From the NCBI GenBank assembly GCA_031280685.1, contig JAITGM010000035.1, positions 107,282-171,281 on the forward strand: a stretch of DNA of 64,000 bases, given 5' to 3'. The stretch's first letter is position 1. Every line of letters starts with the position of its first letter. Source of the stretch: Christensenellaceae bacterium (GTDB lineage Bacteria > Bacillota > Clostridia > Christensenellales > UBA1750). A model generated the notes under the pieces. It had not been told where the DNA came from. It made no database searches and saw only the letters and a program-made list of their open reading frames with translations. The position numbers and the translations under genes were made by a program. This document shows positions 1 through 8,965 of this stretch, piece by piece.

Positions 1-564
1 TTCCTTCTTTTGAAGGAGGGCTTTTTTTGTTTCTTCTTCGATTTCAAAGCCCAGCGTGGCCGAAAAGCGCAGCGCCCGCAGAATGCGCAGAGCATCCTCC
101 TCAAAACGCAGGGAAGCTTCACCCACGCAGCGAATCCTTGCGCTTTTGATGTCTTCCCAGCCGTGAAAAGGGTCTATGAAGCCTTCCTTCGGGTGGTAAG
201 CGATCGCGTTGCAGCAAAAATCGCGGCGTGCAAGGTCTTTTTCGATGGCTTGCTCAAAGCGCACGGAATCCGGATGGCGGTGGTCTGCATAGCTGCTCTC
301 AGAGCGGAAGGTCGTCACTTCTATGGGCTGGCCCTGCCAAACCGCCGTGACCGTACCGTGCGCAAGGCCCGTCGGGTGCACGGCAAAGCCCACGCCCTTC
401 AGCGCTTCCGTGCTCTGCTCAGGCCGCGCCGCCGTCGCGATATCATAATCGTGGGGGGGAAGAGCCATGAGAAAATCCCGCACGCAACCGCCCACCACAT
501 AGGCCGGGAAGCCAGCGGCATTGAGCGCGCCCAGCGCGAGGGCGGCATAGGGGGGCAAATCCAT
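1..564 (-). CDS. cca: CCA-adding tRNA nucleotidyltransferase, N-terminal part (rest of gene lies left of the window)
   Basis: Own minus-strand translation from ATG at 564: MDLPPYAALALGALNAAGFPAYVVGGCVRDFLMALPPHDYDIATAARPEQ...RRDFCCNAIAY. It has the GGxVRD and DxD nucleotidyltransferase motifs and AAGGAGG 7 nt upstream. It is absent from the ORF track because there is no stop in the window. Confidence 0.8.
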   Translation of the reverse strand, partial: MDLPPYAALALGALNAAGFPAYVVGGCVRDFLMALPPHDYDIATAARPEQSTEALKGVGFAVHPTGLAHGTVTAVWQGQPIEVTTFRSESSYADHRHPDSVRFEQAIEKDLARRDFCCNAIAYHPKEGFIDPFHGWEDIKSARIRCVGEASLRFEEDALRILRALRFSATLGFEIEEETKKALLQKKE

Positions 565-696
565 CGGCCTTCCTCCTTTTTCGTTCCAGGCCATTATAGC
601 AGAATTTTGCCGCGCTTGCCCACAAAAAAAGAGAAAAAAGGCGCGAGGGCGAGCAAAGCGAAGAAAACGCGAGCAAGCACAGTGCTTTCTCGTAAC

Positions 697-762
697 TTAG
701 ACCTTTAATTGACTTATAATTACTTTGACTTACTTAGACTTTAAAGCTATACTGAAGTCAAA
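697..762 (+). promoter_or_regulatory. hsp20 promoter overlapped by CtsR-box-like heptad repeats
   Basis: TTGACT (725-730), 17-nt spacer, TATACT (748-753). TTTGACT-TAC-TTAGACT (724-740) is the reverse orientation of the CtsR consensus RGTCAAA-NAN-RGTCAAA with one mismatch. Extra TTAGACC/ATTGACT copies lie at 697-714 and a forward AGTCAAA at 756-762. Confidence 0.5.
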
Positions 763-810
763 GAACGGGAGCTAAAGGTTCCCGAAAGAGCTTTAAAGGA
801 GGACAGCAAG

Positions 811-1254
811 ATGAGCAATATGCTGCCGTTGCGCGCGCAGAGAGGGCTTCGCCTCAATCGTTCCCTGTTTGATCCCTTTTTTAACCCCTTCCCTTTTTTT
901 GAAACAAGCTCCAACCCTGTGAACGAGGGCTTCCGCGTCGATGTGAAGGAGGAGGACGCTTCCTACCTGCTGGAAGCCGAATTGCCGGGCATAGAGCAGG
1001 ATAAGATCGAGCTTGCCGTCGAGCAGGGCACGCTGCACATCTCGGCGAGCCTGGAGCGCGAGGAGAAGAAGGAAGACGGCGGCTACCTTTATGCCGAAAG
1101 GCGCGTGGGGAGCTTTAAACGCAGCTTTTCGCTCGAAGGGATCGACGAAAAGGCCATTACGGCGGCCTATAAGGATGGAATCCTGCGCGTGACATTGCCC
1201 AAGTTGCAGGGCGAGGAGCGCCCTGGCCGCAGGCAGATCGAGATCGGGGAATAA
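811..1254 (+). CDS. small heat-shock protein, Hsp20/alpha-crystallin family
   Basis: 147 aa. Alpha-crystallin core FRVDVKEEDASYLLEAELPGIEQDKIELAVEQGTLHISA...GSFKRSFSL...GILRVTLPK. AAAGGAGG RBS upstream of the ATG. Confidence 0.9.
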   Translation: MSNMLPLRAQRGLRLNRSLFDPFFNPFPFFETSSNPVNEGFRVDVKEEDASYLLEAELPGIEQDKIELAVEQGTLHISASLEREEKKEDGGYLYAERRVGSFKRSFSLEGIDEKAITAAYKDGILRVTLPKLQGEERPGRRQIEIGE

Positions 1255-1271
1255 GAGTCAATCTCCCCCAC

Positions 1272-1304
1272 AAATGCCCCCGCACAGGCGGGGGCATTTC
1301 TTTT
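1272..1304 (+). terminator. intrinsic terminator after hsp20
   Basis: AAATGCCCCCGC / GCGGGGGCATTT 12-bp stem, ACAG loop, followed by CTTTT. Confidence 0.6.
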
Positions 1305-1371
1305 GCTTATTTCCCCTTGCTTTGGCCTGGAATTTGCCATATACTTTGCACATGTAGGAGGAAGAAAAAGG

Positions 1372-2260
1372 ATGAAAATCGAAAGGCTAAAGAAGGGCGA
1401 TATCATCGGCATCGTTTGCCCAAGCATGATTCCGAATCCGGAACGGCTTGAGCGCAATAGGCGGACGCTGAACGCATTGGGGTACCGCGTGCAATTCGGC
1501 GAGAACGTATTGAAAAAACATCCACGGCTACCTGGCCTCAGAGCGTGAACGGGCTGATGATTTCAACTCGATGGTAGCCGATGAAGATGTAAAAATGGTG
1601 CTTTTCGGCGGCGGCGAGGGCGGAAACGAACTCCTTCCGCTGCTGGACTATGAAAAGATCCGGCGCAACCCGAAGTTCTATTGCAGCTTCAGCGACGGGA
1701 CGACGATTCTGAACGTGGTCCACGCGCAAACCGGGCTCCCTGCATACTACGGGCAAGGTCCGGGCATGTTCTACGGCCTTAGATACTATGACTATGCGCA
1801 GTTCCTTGCCCATTTCGCCGAAAGCGGCCCGAAGGAGCGCCTTAAAAACAGCGATTGGCGCACGCTGAGTGGCGGAAGAGGCGAAGGCCTCCTTATCGGC
1901 GGCTATTTGCGCAACTTTGCCCTGCTCCTTGGCAGCCGTTATTTTTATTACGATGGCCAAGAAGACTACCTCTTGTTTTTGGAGGATCATGAGCGGTTCA
2001 GCAACGTCGCAAAACTGAGTTCCTTTCTTTCGCACATCGAGCAGAACGACTTCATCCGGCGGGTTTCTGGGTTAATCTTTGGCCATTACGCGGAAAGCGT
2101 GCCGGGCGACCTGCTCAGGCGCCTGGAGCGCTTTGGGGAAAAGCATGGCATTCCCGTGGTCTATTGCGACGATTTTGGACACGACGTGAACCACGCCATC
2201 TTCCCGATCGGCAGGCGCGCCGCGCTGAACGCGGAGGAGCAAAGCCTGCGCTACGGCTGA
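1372..2260 (+). pseudogene. LD-carboxypeptidase (peptidase S66, LdcA/MccF-like) split by a frameshift in an A6 run
   Basis: The N-terminal frame (MKIERLKKGDIIGIVCPS...GENVLKK) stops at 1548. The next frame reads IHGYLASERERADDFNSMVADEDVKMVLFGGGEGG...SFSDGTT to 2260. The junction lies in AAAAAA 1513-1518, and removing one A gives a continuous ORF. Confidence 0.75.
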
Positions 2261-2377
2261 GCTTTGCGCCGCCCCGCTTCAAGATCAATCCAAAGGCAGA
2301 AAAAGCAAAAAGCGGCGCTTTGCGGGCGGTGCTTTTTTTGATACAATGGAGCAAAACAGCGCGAGGAGGCTTTGCCT

Positions 2378-3562
2378 TTGGACGAGATTTTGAACCTGCA
2401 CATCAACGAGATGGCGGGCGCGGAGTTTGACTGCAGCTGCGGCCGCCGCCACGGCTTCCCCATCCGGCACCTGCACATCGGCCCTGGCGTTTTGCCTGAG
2501 CTTTTAGGCGTTCTTCGGCCATTTTTGGGCAAGAAGCTCTTCATCTTCGGCGATGGCAACACCTTCAGGGCAGCGGGCGAGAGGGTCGTGGCGCTGCTGA
2601 GGGGCGCCGGGCACGACCTTGACGAGTTTTGGTTCCAAACCGGCGAAAACGAGGCCTTGATCCCCAACGAAAGCGCGCTTGGCCGCCTTTTGATGGAGAT
2701 GGGCCAGGCCGAACTGATCCTTGGCGTGGGTTCTGGCACGATCAACGACCTGGGCAAGTTCATTTCGCGCCAGTCGGGCCGCCCGCACATCATCGTCTGC
2801 ACGGCCCCCTCGATGGACGGCTATGTTTCTGACTCTTCCGCGCTGACCAACGCGGGCAGGAAGATTTCCTACCCCTCGGCCCTGCCCTTTGCCGTGATCG
2901 CCGATGCCGAAATCTTAAAAAACGCGCCGCAGCGCCTCGTGCAGGCCGGCTTTGGTGATGTTTTGGGCAAGCTGACGGCGCTTGCCGACTGGCGGCTTTC
3001 GAAGGAACTAACCGGCGAGTATTATTGCGAAAGCTGCGTAAAGCTCGTGCAAAAGGCGCTGAAAGCCGTGACGAAAAACGTGGACGCCATCCGCGAGCGG
3101 CGCGACGAGGGCATCGACTACCTCATTCAGGCGCTGGTGCTCACCGGGGTCGCAATGTCTTTGGTCGGGGTCTCGCGGCCTGCCTCGGGCGCCGAGCACA
3201 TGCTCTCGCACCACTGGGAGATGGACTTTCAAAAGCGCGGCCTTTTCGCCGATCTGCACGGCATCAAGGTCGGGGCCGCCACGCCGGTGGTGGCCGAGCT
3301 TTTCGAGCTGCTCAAGGATGAGCTTCCCAAAGAGGCGCTGGCCCTCGCGCCGACCAGGGCGGAATGCGAAAGGCTGCTGCTTGCCGTAGGCGCGCCGGCT
3401 TCGCCCAAGGATGTGCACATTGACCGCGAGCTGTTTCAGCAAAGCCTGCACGAAGCCTACACGATCCGCAAGCGCTACTCGATCCTGCAGCTTGCCATCG
3501 AGAAGGGCAGGATGGACGAAATCGCTGCCGCTATGACGGAGCGCATCTACGGCAAGGCCTAA
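2378..3562 (+). CDS. sn-glycerol-1-phosphate dehydrogenase-like protein (AraM/EgsA family, iron-ADH fold)
   Basis: GVGSGTINDLGKF...CTAPSMDGYVS...AGFGDVLGK..ALADW...GAEHMLSHHWE. The TTG at 2378 sits 8 nt after GGAGG; the ORF-track start 2372 is too close to the RBS. Confidence 0.65.
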   Translation: MDEILNLHINEMAGAEFDCSCGRRHGFPIRHLHIGPGVLPELLGVLRPFLGKKLFIFGDGNTFRAAGERVVALLRGAGHDLDEFWFQTGENEALIPNESALGRLLMEMGQAELILGVGSGTINDLGKFISRQSGRPHIIVCTAPSMDGYVSDSSALTNAGRKISYPSALPFAVIADAEILKNAPQRLVQAGFGDVLGKLTALADWRLSKELTGEYYCESCVKLVQKALKAVTKNVDAIRERRDEGIDYLIQALVLTGVAMSLVGVSRPASGAEHMLSHHWEMDFQKRGLFADLHGIKVGAATPVVAELFELLKDELPKEALALAPTRAECERLLLAVGAPASPKDVHIDRELFQQSLHEAYTIRKRYSILQLAIEKGRMDEIAAAMTERIYGKA

Positions 3563-3592
3563 ACCATCCAAAAGAGAAGGCGAGGTGATTCC

Positions 3593-5254
3593 ATGGGCGT
3601 TTTGCTTGGCGTTGATTTTGGCACGCTCTCGGCCAGGGCGGTCCTGGTTTCGGCCAAGGATGGCGAAATCCTGGGCGAATCCTCCTTCAGCTACCCCCAT
3701 GGCGTGCTCGACCGCGAGCTGCCGGGCGGCATTGCCCTGCCGGCAGACTGGGCGCTGCAGCACCCGAACGACTACCTGCTGGCCCTGCGCGGGGCAATCG
3801 CAGGGGCGCTCAAAGCCGCCAGGCTCACGCCGCGCAATGTCGTGGGGCTGGGGATCGATTTTACCTCCTGCACGGCGGTCGCGGCGGACGGGGAGGGCGT
3901 GCCGCTATGCTTAAAGGCGGAGTTGCAAAACCGGCCCCATGCCTACCCAAAGCTCTGGAAGCACCACGCCGCCCAGCCCCAGGCAGACCGAATGACGGCC
4001 CTGGCCAGGGAGCGCGGCGAGCCTTGGCTACCCCTCTATGGCGGCAGGATTTCATCCGAGTGCCTTTTGCCAAAGGCTCTGCAGGTCTTGGAGGAAGACC
4101 CCGAGGTCTATGCGGCGGCGGAGCTCTTTATCGAGGCCGGGGACTGGATGACCTTCTTGCTGACCGGCGAGCTTGGCCGTAATGCCTGCATGGCTGGTTA
4201 CCGCGCCCTTTGGGACGGCGCGTACCCTTCGCCCGAATTCTTCGGCGCGCTTAACCCGGGCTTTGAAGGCATCGAAGGCAAGCTTCAGGGGGCAGTTTTG
4301 CCGCTGGGCAGCCAGGCCGGGCAAATCGGCGCGCGCGGCGCCGCCATTTCGGGCCTGCTGCCCGGCACGCCGGTGGCCGCCGCGGTCCTGGACGCGCACG
4401 CCGGCATGGCGGCCGCCGGCATCGCCCAAACGGGCAAGCTCTTGCTCGTGATGGGCACATCGACTTGCCACCTGGTGCTGGGGGACGCGCAAAGGGCCGT
4501 GCCCGGCATCTGCGGCGCGGTGAAGGATGGCATGATCCCTGGCTTTTATGGTTTTGAGGCGGGGCAGAGTTGTGTGGGCGACGCCTTTTCGTGGTTCCTG
4601 CAAAACTGCCTGCCCGGGGAGCTGCAAAGGGAGGCCGAGGGCAGGCAGATCAGCCCCCACGCGCTGCTGCGCGAGCGCGCCCTGGGGCTGCTCCCCGGCG
4701 AGAGCGGGCTGTTGGCGCTGGATTGGTGGAACGGCAGCCGCACCCCGCTCATCGACGGGGACTTGAGCGGCGTGCTCTTCGGGCTGAGCCTGCGCACGAG
4801 GCCCGAGGAAATCTATCGCGCCCTAATAGAGGGCAGCGCCTTTGGGACGAGGAAGATCATCGAGAACTACCGCGAAAACGGGGTCGCGGTTAGCGAACTC
4901 ATCGCTTCTGGCGGCATCGCCCATAAGGATCCGATGATGATGCAGATCTATGCCGACGTCTGCGGGCTGCCTCTGCGCGTGGCTCAAACGCGGCAGGGCG
5001 GGGCGTTGGGCGCCGCGCTCTTCGCCGCGGTCGCTTCCGGCGAGCACGGGGATCTTTTTGCCGCCATGAAGGCTATGGTGAAGCCGCCAACCGCGGAATA
5101 CCGGCCGGTTTCGCGCAACCACAAGCTTTATGGCAAGCTCTACGCCCAGTATCTGCGGCTGCACGATCTCTTCGGGCGGGGCGAAGACGGCGCGGTGAAG
5201 GCGCTGCGCGCGATCTCTCGCGAGGCGGCCGCGCTCAGCAAGATTAGGGAATAA
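3593..5254 (+). CDS. araB: L-ribulokinase (FGGY carbohydrate kinase)
   Basis: 553 aa. GVDFGTLSARAVLV...LPADWALQHPNDY...GIDFTSCT...PHAYPKLWKHHAAQPQADR...YGGRISSE closely tracks the Bacillus AraB N-terminal pattern. Confidence 0.8.
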   Translation: MGVLLGVDFGTLSARAVLVSAKDGEILGESSFSYPHGVLDRELPGGIALPADWALQHPNDYLLALRGAIAGALKAARLTPRNVVGLGIDFTSCTAVAADGEGVPLCLKAELQNRPHAYPKLWKHHAAQPQADRMTALARERGEPWLPLYGGRISSECLLPKALQVLEEDPEVYAAAELFIEAGDWMTFLLTGELGRNACMAGYRALWDGAYPSPEFFGALNPGFEGIEGKLQGAVLPLGSQAGQIGARGAAISGLLPGTPVAAAVLDAHAGMAAAGIAQTGKLLLVMGTSTCHLVLGDAQRAVPGICGAVKDGMIPGFYGFEAGQSCVGDAFSWFLQNCLPGELQREAEGRQISPHALLRERALGLLPGESGLLALDWWNGSRTPLIDGDLSGVLFGLSLRTRPEEIYRALIEGSAFGTRKIIENYRENGVAVSELIASGGIAHKDPMMMQIYADVCGLPLRVAQTRQGGALGAALFAAVASGEHGDLFAAMKAMVKPPTAEYRPVSRNHKLYGKLYAQYLRLHDLFGRGEDGAVKALRAISREAAALSKIRE

Positions 5255-5277
5255 AAAAGCAAAAGGGGAAGGAAAAC

Positions 5278-5739
5278 ATGCAAAAAAGCATCTTAATCGG
5301 CTGCGATAACGCGGCCACGAACCTAAAAAAAACGGTGAGCGACTTTTTGGCGGCCCAGGGTTACGAAATCGAGGATATTGGCTGCGACGGCCCCGGCGAC
5401 CTGACCGTTTACCCCGAAATCGCCCGCAGGCTCTGCGGGAAGATGCAGGCGGAAGGCTTTTCGCGGCGCGGAATCCTGCTCTGCGGCACGGGGCTGGGCA
5501 TGTGCATAAGCGCCAACAAGTTCAAGGGCGTCCGCGCGACCGTCTGCCACGATGCCTACTCGGCCGAGCGCTCGATCCTTTCGAACGATGCGAATCTCCT
5601 CTGCATGGGCGAGCGCGTCGTGGGGCCCGAGCTGGCCAAGAAGGTCGTGGGCGAGTGGATTTCGCTGAGCTTCAAGGATGGCAGCTCGACCGAGAAGGTC
5701 GAGGCCATCAAGGCGATCGAAGGGGAAATGATGAGGTAA
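5278..5739 (+). CDS. rpiB: RpiB/LacA/LacB family sugar-phosphate isomerase
   Basis: 153 aa. CGTGLGMCISANKFKGVRA..CHD.YSAERS..SNDANLLCMGERVVG. Confidence 0.85.
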   Translation: MQKSILIGCDNAATNLKKTVSDFLAAQGYEIEDIGCDGPGDLTVYPEIARRLCGKMQAEGFSRRGILLCGTGLGMCISANKFKGVRATVCHDAYSAERSILSNDANLLCMGERVVGPELAKKVVGEWISLSFKDGSSTEKVEAIKAIEGEMMR

Positions 5740-5778
5740 GTGCAGCCGCCAAGGGGCAGCAACAAGGTGCGGTGCAAT

Positions 5779-5821
5779 GCAAAAACCCGCCGCCGGGAAC
5801 TTCCCGGCGGCGGGTTTTTGC
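5779..5821. terminator. bidirectional terminator between rpiB (+) and a lipoprotein gene (-)
   Basis: AAAAACCCGCCGCCGGGA / TCCCGGCGGCGGGTTTTT, a perfect long stem flanked by A-run and T-run. Confidence 0.75.
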
Positions 5822-5833
5822 ATTGGCAGGGAA

Positions 5834-6592
5834 TTAGGGCTTCTTCGTGGCCGCAGCGGAAGCTGAGGGCGCCGAAGCGGCCGCGTTCACGCCCATTTCG
5901 GCCTTTGCCGAGCCGTACTCGATGCCCTCGGCCATGGGCTTGCCGCCCCAGCCTTCGAGCTTTTTATCGTTGATGTAGAGATAGATCTTTTTATCGCTCT
6001 TCAGCTCGAAGCAATGAGGCTCCACATCGCTATAGTAAATATTGTCAAAGCTGGGGTCTCGCTTGACGAAGATCAGGTACTGGTTACCCTTCACCGGCGC
6101 GATGAAGGTGGAGATCATGGTGTAATCTTTATCGTTCTTACCTTTTGAGCGGTAATAGAGGTTGTATTGGATGGCATCACCCTTTTTGTAGCTGCCCTTT
6201 AAGCACTCATCGATCTGGAACTTGTAGGACATGTCCATCTCGAAAAGCTCGGTACTCTCTTTCGTCAGGTCATTCAGGTCGCGGATCTGGTTCCATTCCT
6301 TGCCCTCGTCCATCACGGTGCCCAAAACCACGATATCGGCCTGGGCATAAAGCGTATCAAAGCCAGCATCGGAGGGAGCGTAGGAGCTGAAGGTTTCGTC
6401 GATGCTCTCGGAAACGGCCGGCGAGGGAGTGGGTTCGAGCGTGGGGGAGGCGGAAGGCTCCGCGGAAGGCGTCGCTGCCAAGCTGGCGGTGGGTTCGTCG
6501 CTCACCAGATCCGGCGAAGGGCCGGTTTGGCCGCAGGCTGCGAGCGCGAGCACCATGAGGCCTGACAGGGCAATCATCATGAACTTTTTCAT
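5834..6592 (-). CDS. hypothetical lipoprotein
   Basis: Start reassigned to MKKFMMIALSGLMVLALAAC (lipobox LAAC) with AAGGAGG upstream. A Pro/Ser/Thr/Ala-rich linker is followed by a globular domain. I recognise no family. Confidence 0.65.
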   Translation of the reverse strand: MKKFMMIALSGLMVLALAACGQTGPSPDLVSDEPTASLAATPSAEPSASPTLEPTPSPAVSESIDETFSSYAPSDAGFDTLYAQADIVVLGTVMDEGKEWNQIRDLNDLTKESTELFEMDMSYKFQIDECLKGSYKKGDAIQYNLYYRSKGKNDKDYTMISTFIAPVKGNQYLIFVKRDPSFDNIYYSDVEPHCFELKSDKKIYLYINDKKLEGWGGKPMAEGIEYGSAKAEMGVNAAASAPSASAAATKKP

Positions 6593-6802
6593 CGTTGTTT
6601 TTGTTCCTCCTTGTGAATCGAATGCGAGGCATTCGGGTTTTATGTGGGGAAATATGCCCTTGCGGGGCTCCCCGCAAAAGCTGAAACCTAGTATAGCCGA
6701 AAAACGATGGCTTGGCAAGCCAAGGCGGCCCTTCTTCGCGCTTTTTATGCAAATCGCGGGTTTTTGGCCAAAACTGTGCGGAATCCTCCGAAGAAAAGGA
6801 AG

Positions 6803-6831
6803 TTGACTGCGGCAGGCTTTGCCGCTATGAT
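6803..6831 (+). promoter_or_regulatory. sigma-A type promoter upstream of metA
   Basis: TTGACT (6803-6808), 17-nt spacer, TATGAT (6826-6831). Confidence 0.5.
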
Positions 6832-6885
6832 GGCCCTAACGCAAATAACGCCGCGCCGGCGCGCCCGAAGGGAAGATGCAAGCCC

Positions 6886-7824
6886 ATGCCCGTCAAGGTT
6901 CAAGACAATCTGCCAGCCAGGGAGATTTTACAAAACGAGAACATCTTCGTGATGACCTCGTCCAGGGCCGATATGCAGGATATTCGCCCCCTTTACATCG
7001 CGGTTTTGAACCTGATGCCCACCAAGGAGGTCACCGAAACGCAGCTTCTGCGCGTGATCGGCAACACGCCGCTTCAGGTCGAGCTCGTCTTTTTGCACAC
7101 GGCCACCCACGTTTCTAAAAATACCCCGCGCGAGCATCTTTCGGCCTTTTATAAGACCTTTGACGAGGTGAAAGACCGCAAGTTCGACGGGCTGATCATC
7201 ACCGGCGCGCCCGTGGAACAGCTCGAATACGAGAGCGTGAACTATTGGCAGGAACTGACCACCATCATGGATTGGGCGCAAAAGCACGTTTTTTCCACGC
7301 TTTATATTTGCTGGGCTGCGCAGGCCGGGCTGTATTACCGCTATGGCGTGCCCAAATACCCGCTTGAAAGCAAGATGCACGGCGTTTTTGCCCATAAGGT
7401 GCTCGACCGCCGCGCGCCCCTGCTGCGCGGCTTCGACGATGTCTTCAACGCGCCGCATTCCAGGCACACTGAACTGCGCCAGAGCGACATCGAAAAAATC
7501 AACGAGCTGCAAATCCTCAGCGTTTCAGAGGAAGCCGGGGTGTATCTCGTCGTTTCAAGGGACGGCAAGCAGGTCTTCGTCACCGGCCACAGCGAATACG
7601 ACGCGGATACGCTGAAGAAGGAGTATGAGCGCGACCGCGCGAAGGGGCTGGGCATTCCGGTGCCCCGGCATTATTTCCCGAACGACGACCCGTCGCGGGA
7701 GCCGCTGGTGACCTGGCGCTCGCACGCGAACCTGCTCTTTGCCAACTGGCTGAACTACTACGTCTACCAAGAAACGCCGTTTGACCTGAACGCCGTCGGT
7801 TCGGCGGGCGAAAACGCGACATAA
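6886..7824 (+). CDS. metA: homoserine O-acyltransferase MetA
   Basis: Start moved to [23 protein letters not shown]...[16 protein letters not shown]; 312 aa. The ORF-track start 6712 adds an implausible leader. Confidence 0.9.
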   Translation: MPVKVQDNLPAREILQNENIFVMTSSRADMQDIRPLYIAVLNLMPTKEVTETQLLRVIGNTPLQVELVFLHTATHVSKNTPREHLSAFYKTFDEVKDRKFDGLIITGAPVEQLEYESVNYWQELTTIMDWAQKHVFSTLYICWAAQAGLYYRYGVPKYPLESKMHGVFAHKVLDRRAPLLRGFDDVFNAPHSRHTELRQSDIEKINELQILSVSEEAGVYLVVSRDGKQVFVTGHSEYDADTLKKEYERDRAKGLGIPVPRHYFPNDDPSREPLVTWRSHANLLFANWLNYYVYQETPFDLNAVGSAGENAT

Positions 7825-7888
7825 AAAGCAAAATACAGGCTAAAAGGGACGGAGGCGGCAAGGAGAAGAAATTTCTTTAGCCGCCCTG

Positions 7889-7939
7889 TTGCATTTTCGG
7901 CGTGGGCGGGGTATACTATGGTAGTCAAAGATAGTCAAA
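7889..7939 (+). promoter_or_regulatory. ctsR operon promoter with perfect CtsR operator
   Basis: TTGCAT (7889-7894), 17 nt, TATACT (7912-7917). The direct repeat AGTCAAA-GAT-AGTCAAA (7923-7939) follows immediately. Confidence 0.85.
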
Positions 7940-7958
7940 GTCAGAATGGAGTGACGGC

Positions 7959-8414
7959 ATGACGGGCGGGATCAGTGACAGCATCGAGCGCTTCATCAAA
8001 GAGCTGCTGCGCGCGCAAGGCGAGGTGCTCGACCTGCAGCGGAACGAGTTGGCTGCCCAGTTCCGCTGTGCGCCATCGCAAATCAACTACGTGCTCTCTA
8101 CGCGCTTCACGGCGGACCACGGTTACCGGATCGAGAGCCGCAGGGGCGGCGGCGGCTATATTCGCATCGTCCGCATCGATATCGACAAGGCTTCCAAGCT
8201 CAAGGCACTGGCCGAAGGCATGAGCGAATCCCTCAAGGCCGAAGAAAGCGCGGCGCTGCTGCTCGGGCTGCTGCGGGCCGGGCTGCTCGGCCCAAGGGAG
8301 GCTGCGCTGGTGCAGAGCATGCTGGCGGAAGAGCTTCTGCCCGGCGAAGCGGGCGAAAGGCTGCGGGCGCGGCTTCTCAAAAGCGCGCTGGGCCTTTTGC
8401 AGAACCATCAATAA
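7959..8414 (+). CDS. ctsR: class III stress-gene repressor CtsR
   Basis: 151 aa. SDSIERFIKELL...SQINYVLSTRFT.DHGYRIESRRGGGGYIRI. Confidence 0.9.
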   Translation: MTGGISDSIERFIKELLRAQGEVLDLQRNELAAQFRCAPSQINYVLSTRFTADHGYRIESRRGGGGYIRIVRIDIDKASKLKALAEGMSESLKAEESAALLLGLLRAGLLGPREAALVQSMLAEELLPGEAGERLRARLLKSALGLLQNHQ

Positions 8415-8480
8415 AAGAGGGCCAAAACGGATTCAAACAAAAAAGAGGGCGAAAGGCCTGAAAAGGGAGGGCGAAAAAGG

Positions 8481-8963
8481 ATGCTGTGTGAGGAATGCGG
8501 AATCAACACGGCCAATGTGCGCTTTACGACCGTGATGGGCGGCAAGGTTTATGAAAAGAGGCTTTGCGCGCAGTGCCTGGCGAAGAAAAAGCACGAGCTT
8601 GCCGAGGGGATCTCGGTTGGCGATCTTCTTTCCGGCTTTTTGCACGAAAGCGCTGCCATGCAGGAGGAAAACCTCGTCTGCCCGGGCTGCAAGATGAGCT
8701 ATGAGGACTTTAAGCGCGGCGGCCGCTTCGGCTGCGCGCGCTGCTACGAGAGCTTCAAACCCTATTTGGAGCCGATGCTCTCGAAGATACACGGCAGGGT
8801 CAAGCACGCAGGCAAGGTGCCAAGGGCGCACGCCGTGCGCCAGAGCGACGAAGAGGTCTTGCAGATCCTCAAAAGCGAAATGGAGCGAGCCGTCGAGGTT
8901 GAGGACTTTGAGCGGGCGGCCAAGCTTCGGGATGAGATCAAGGAATTCAAGGGGGAAGGCTGA
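8481..8963 (+). CDS. mcsA: McsA, activator of protein-arginine kinase (zinc-finger plus UVR domain)
   Basis: MLCEEC...CAQC / CPGC...CARC cysteine pairs, and a C-terminal UVR-like EDFERAAKLRDEIKEFK. Confidence 0.85.
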   Translation: MLCEECGINTANVRFTTVMGGKVYEKRLCAQCLAKKKHELAEGISVGDLLSGFLHESAAMQEENLVCPGCKMSYEDFKRGGRFGCARCYESFKPYLEPMLSKIHGRVKHAGKVPRAHAVRQSDEEVLQILKSEMERAVEVEDFERAAKLRDEIKEFKGEG

Positions 8964-8965
8964 GC

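Noticed and set aside
10-708. 232-aa plus-strand ORF at the left edge
   Set aside because: It is Arg/Ala-rich with no RBS. It lies exactly antisense to a minus-strand frame that translates into a clear CCA-adding enzyme N-terminus, so it is a shadow ORF of a high-GC gene.
6593-6885. Possible SAM (S-box) riboswitch or T-box upstream of metA
   Set aside because: I read both strands and found only a plain promoter and a short leader. There is no S-box core text, specifier hairpin or terminator/antiterminator pair.
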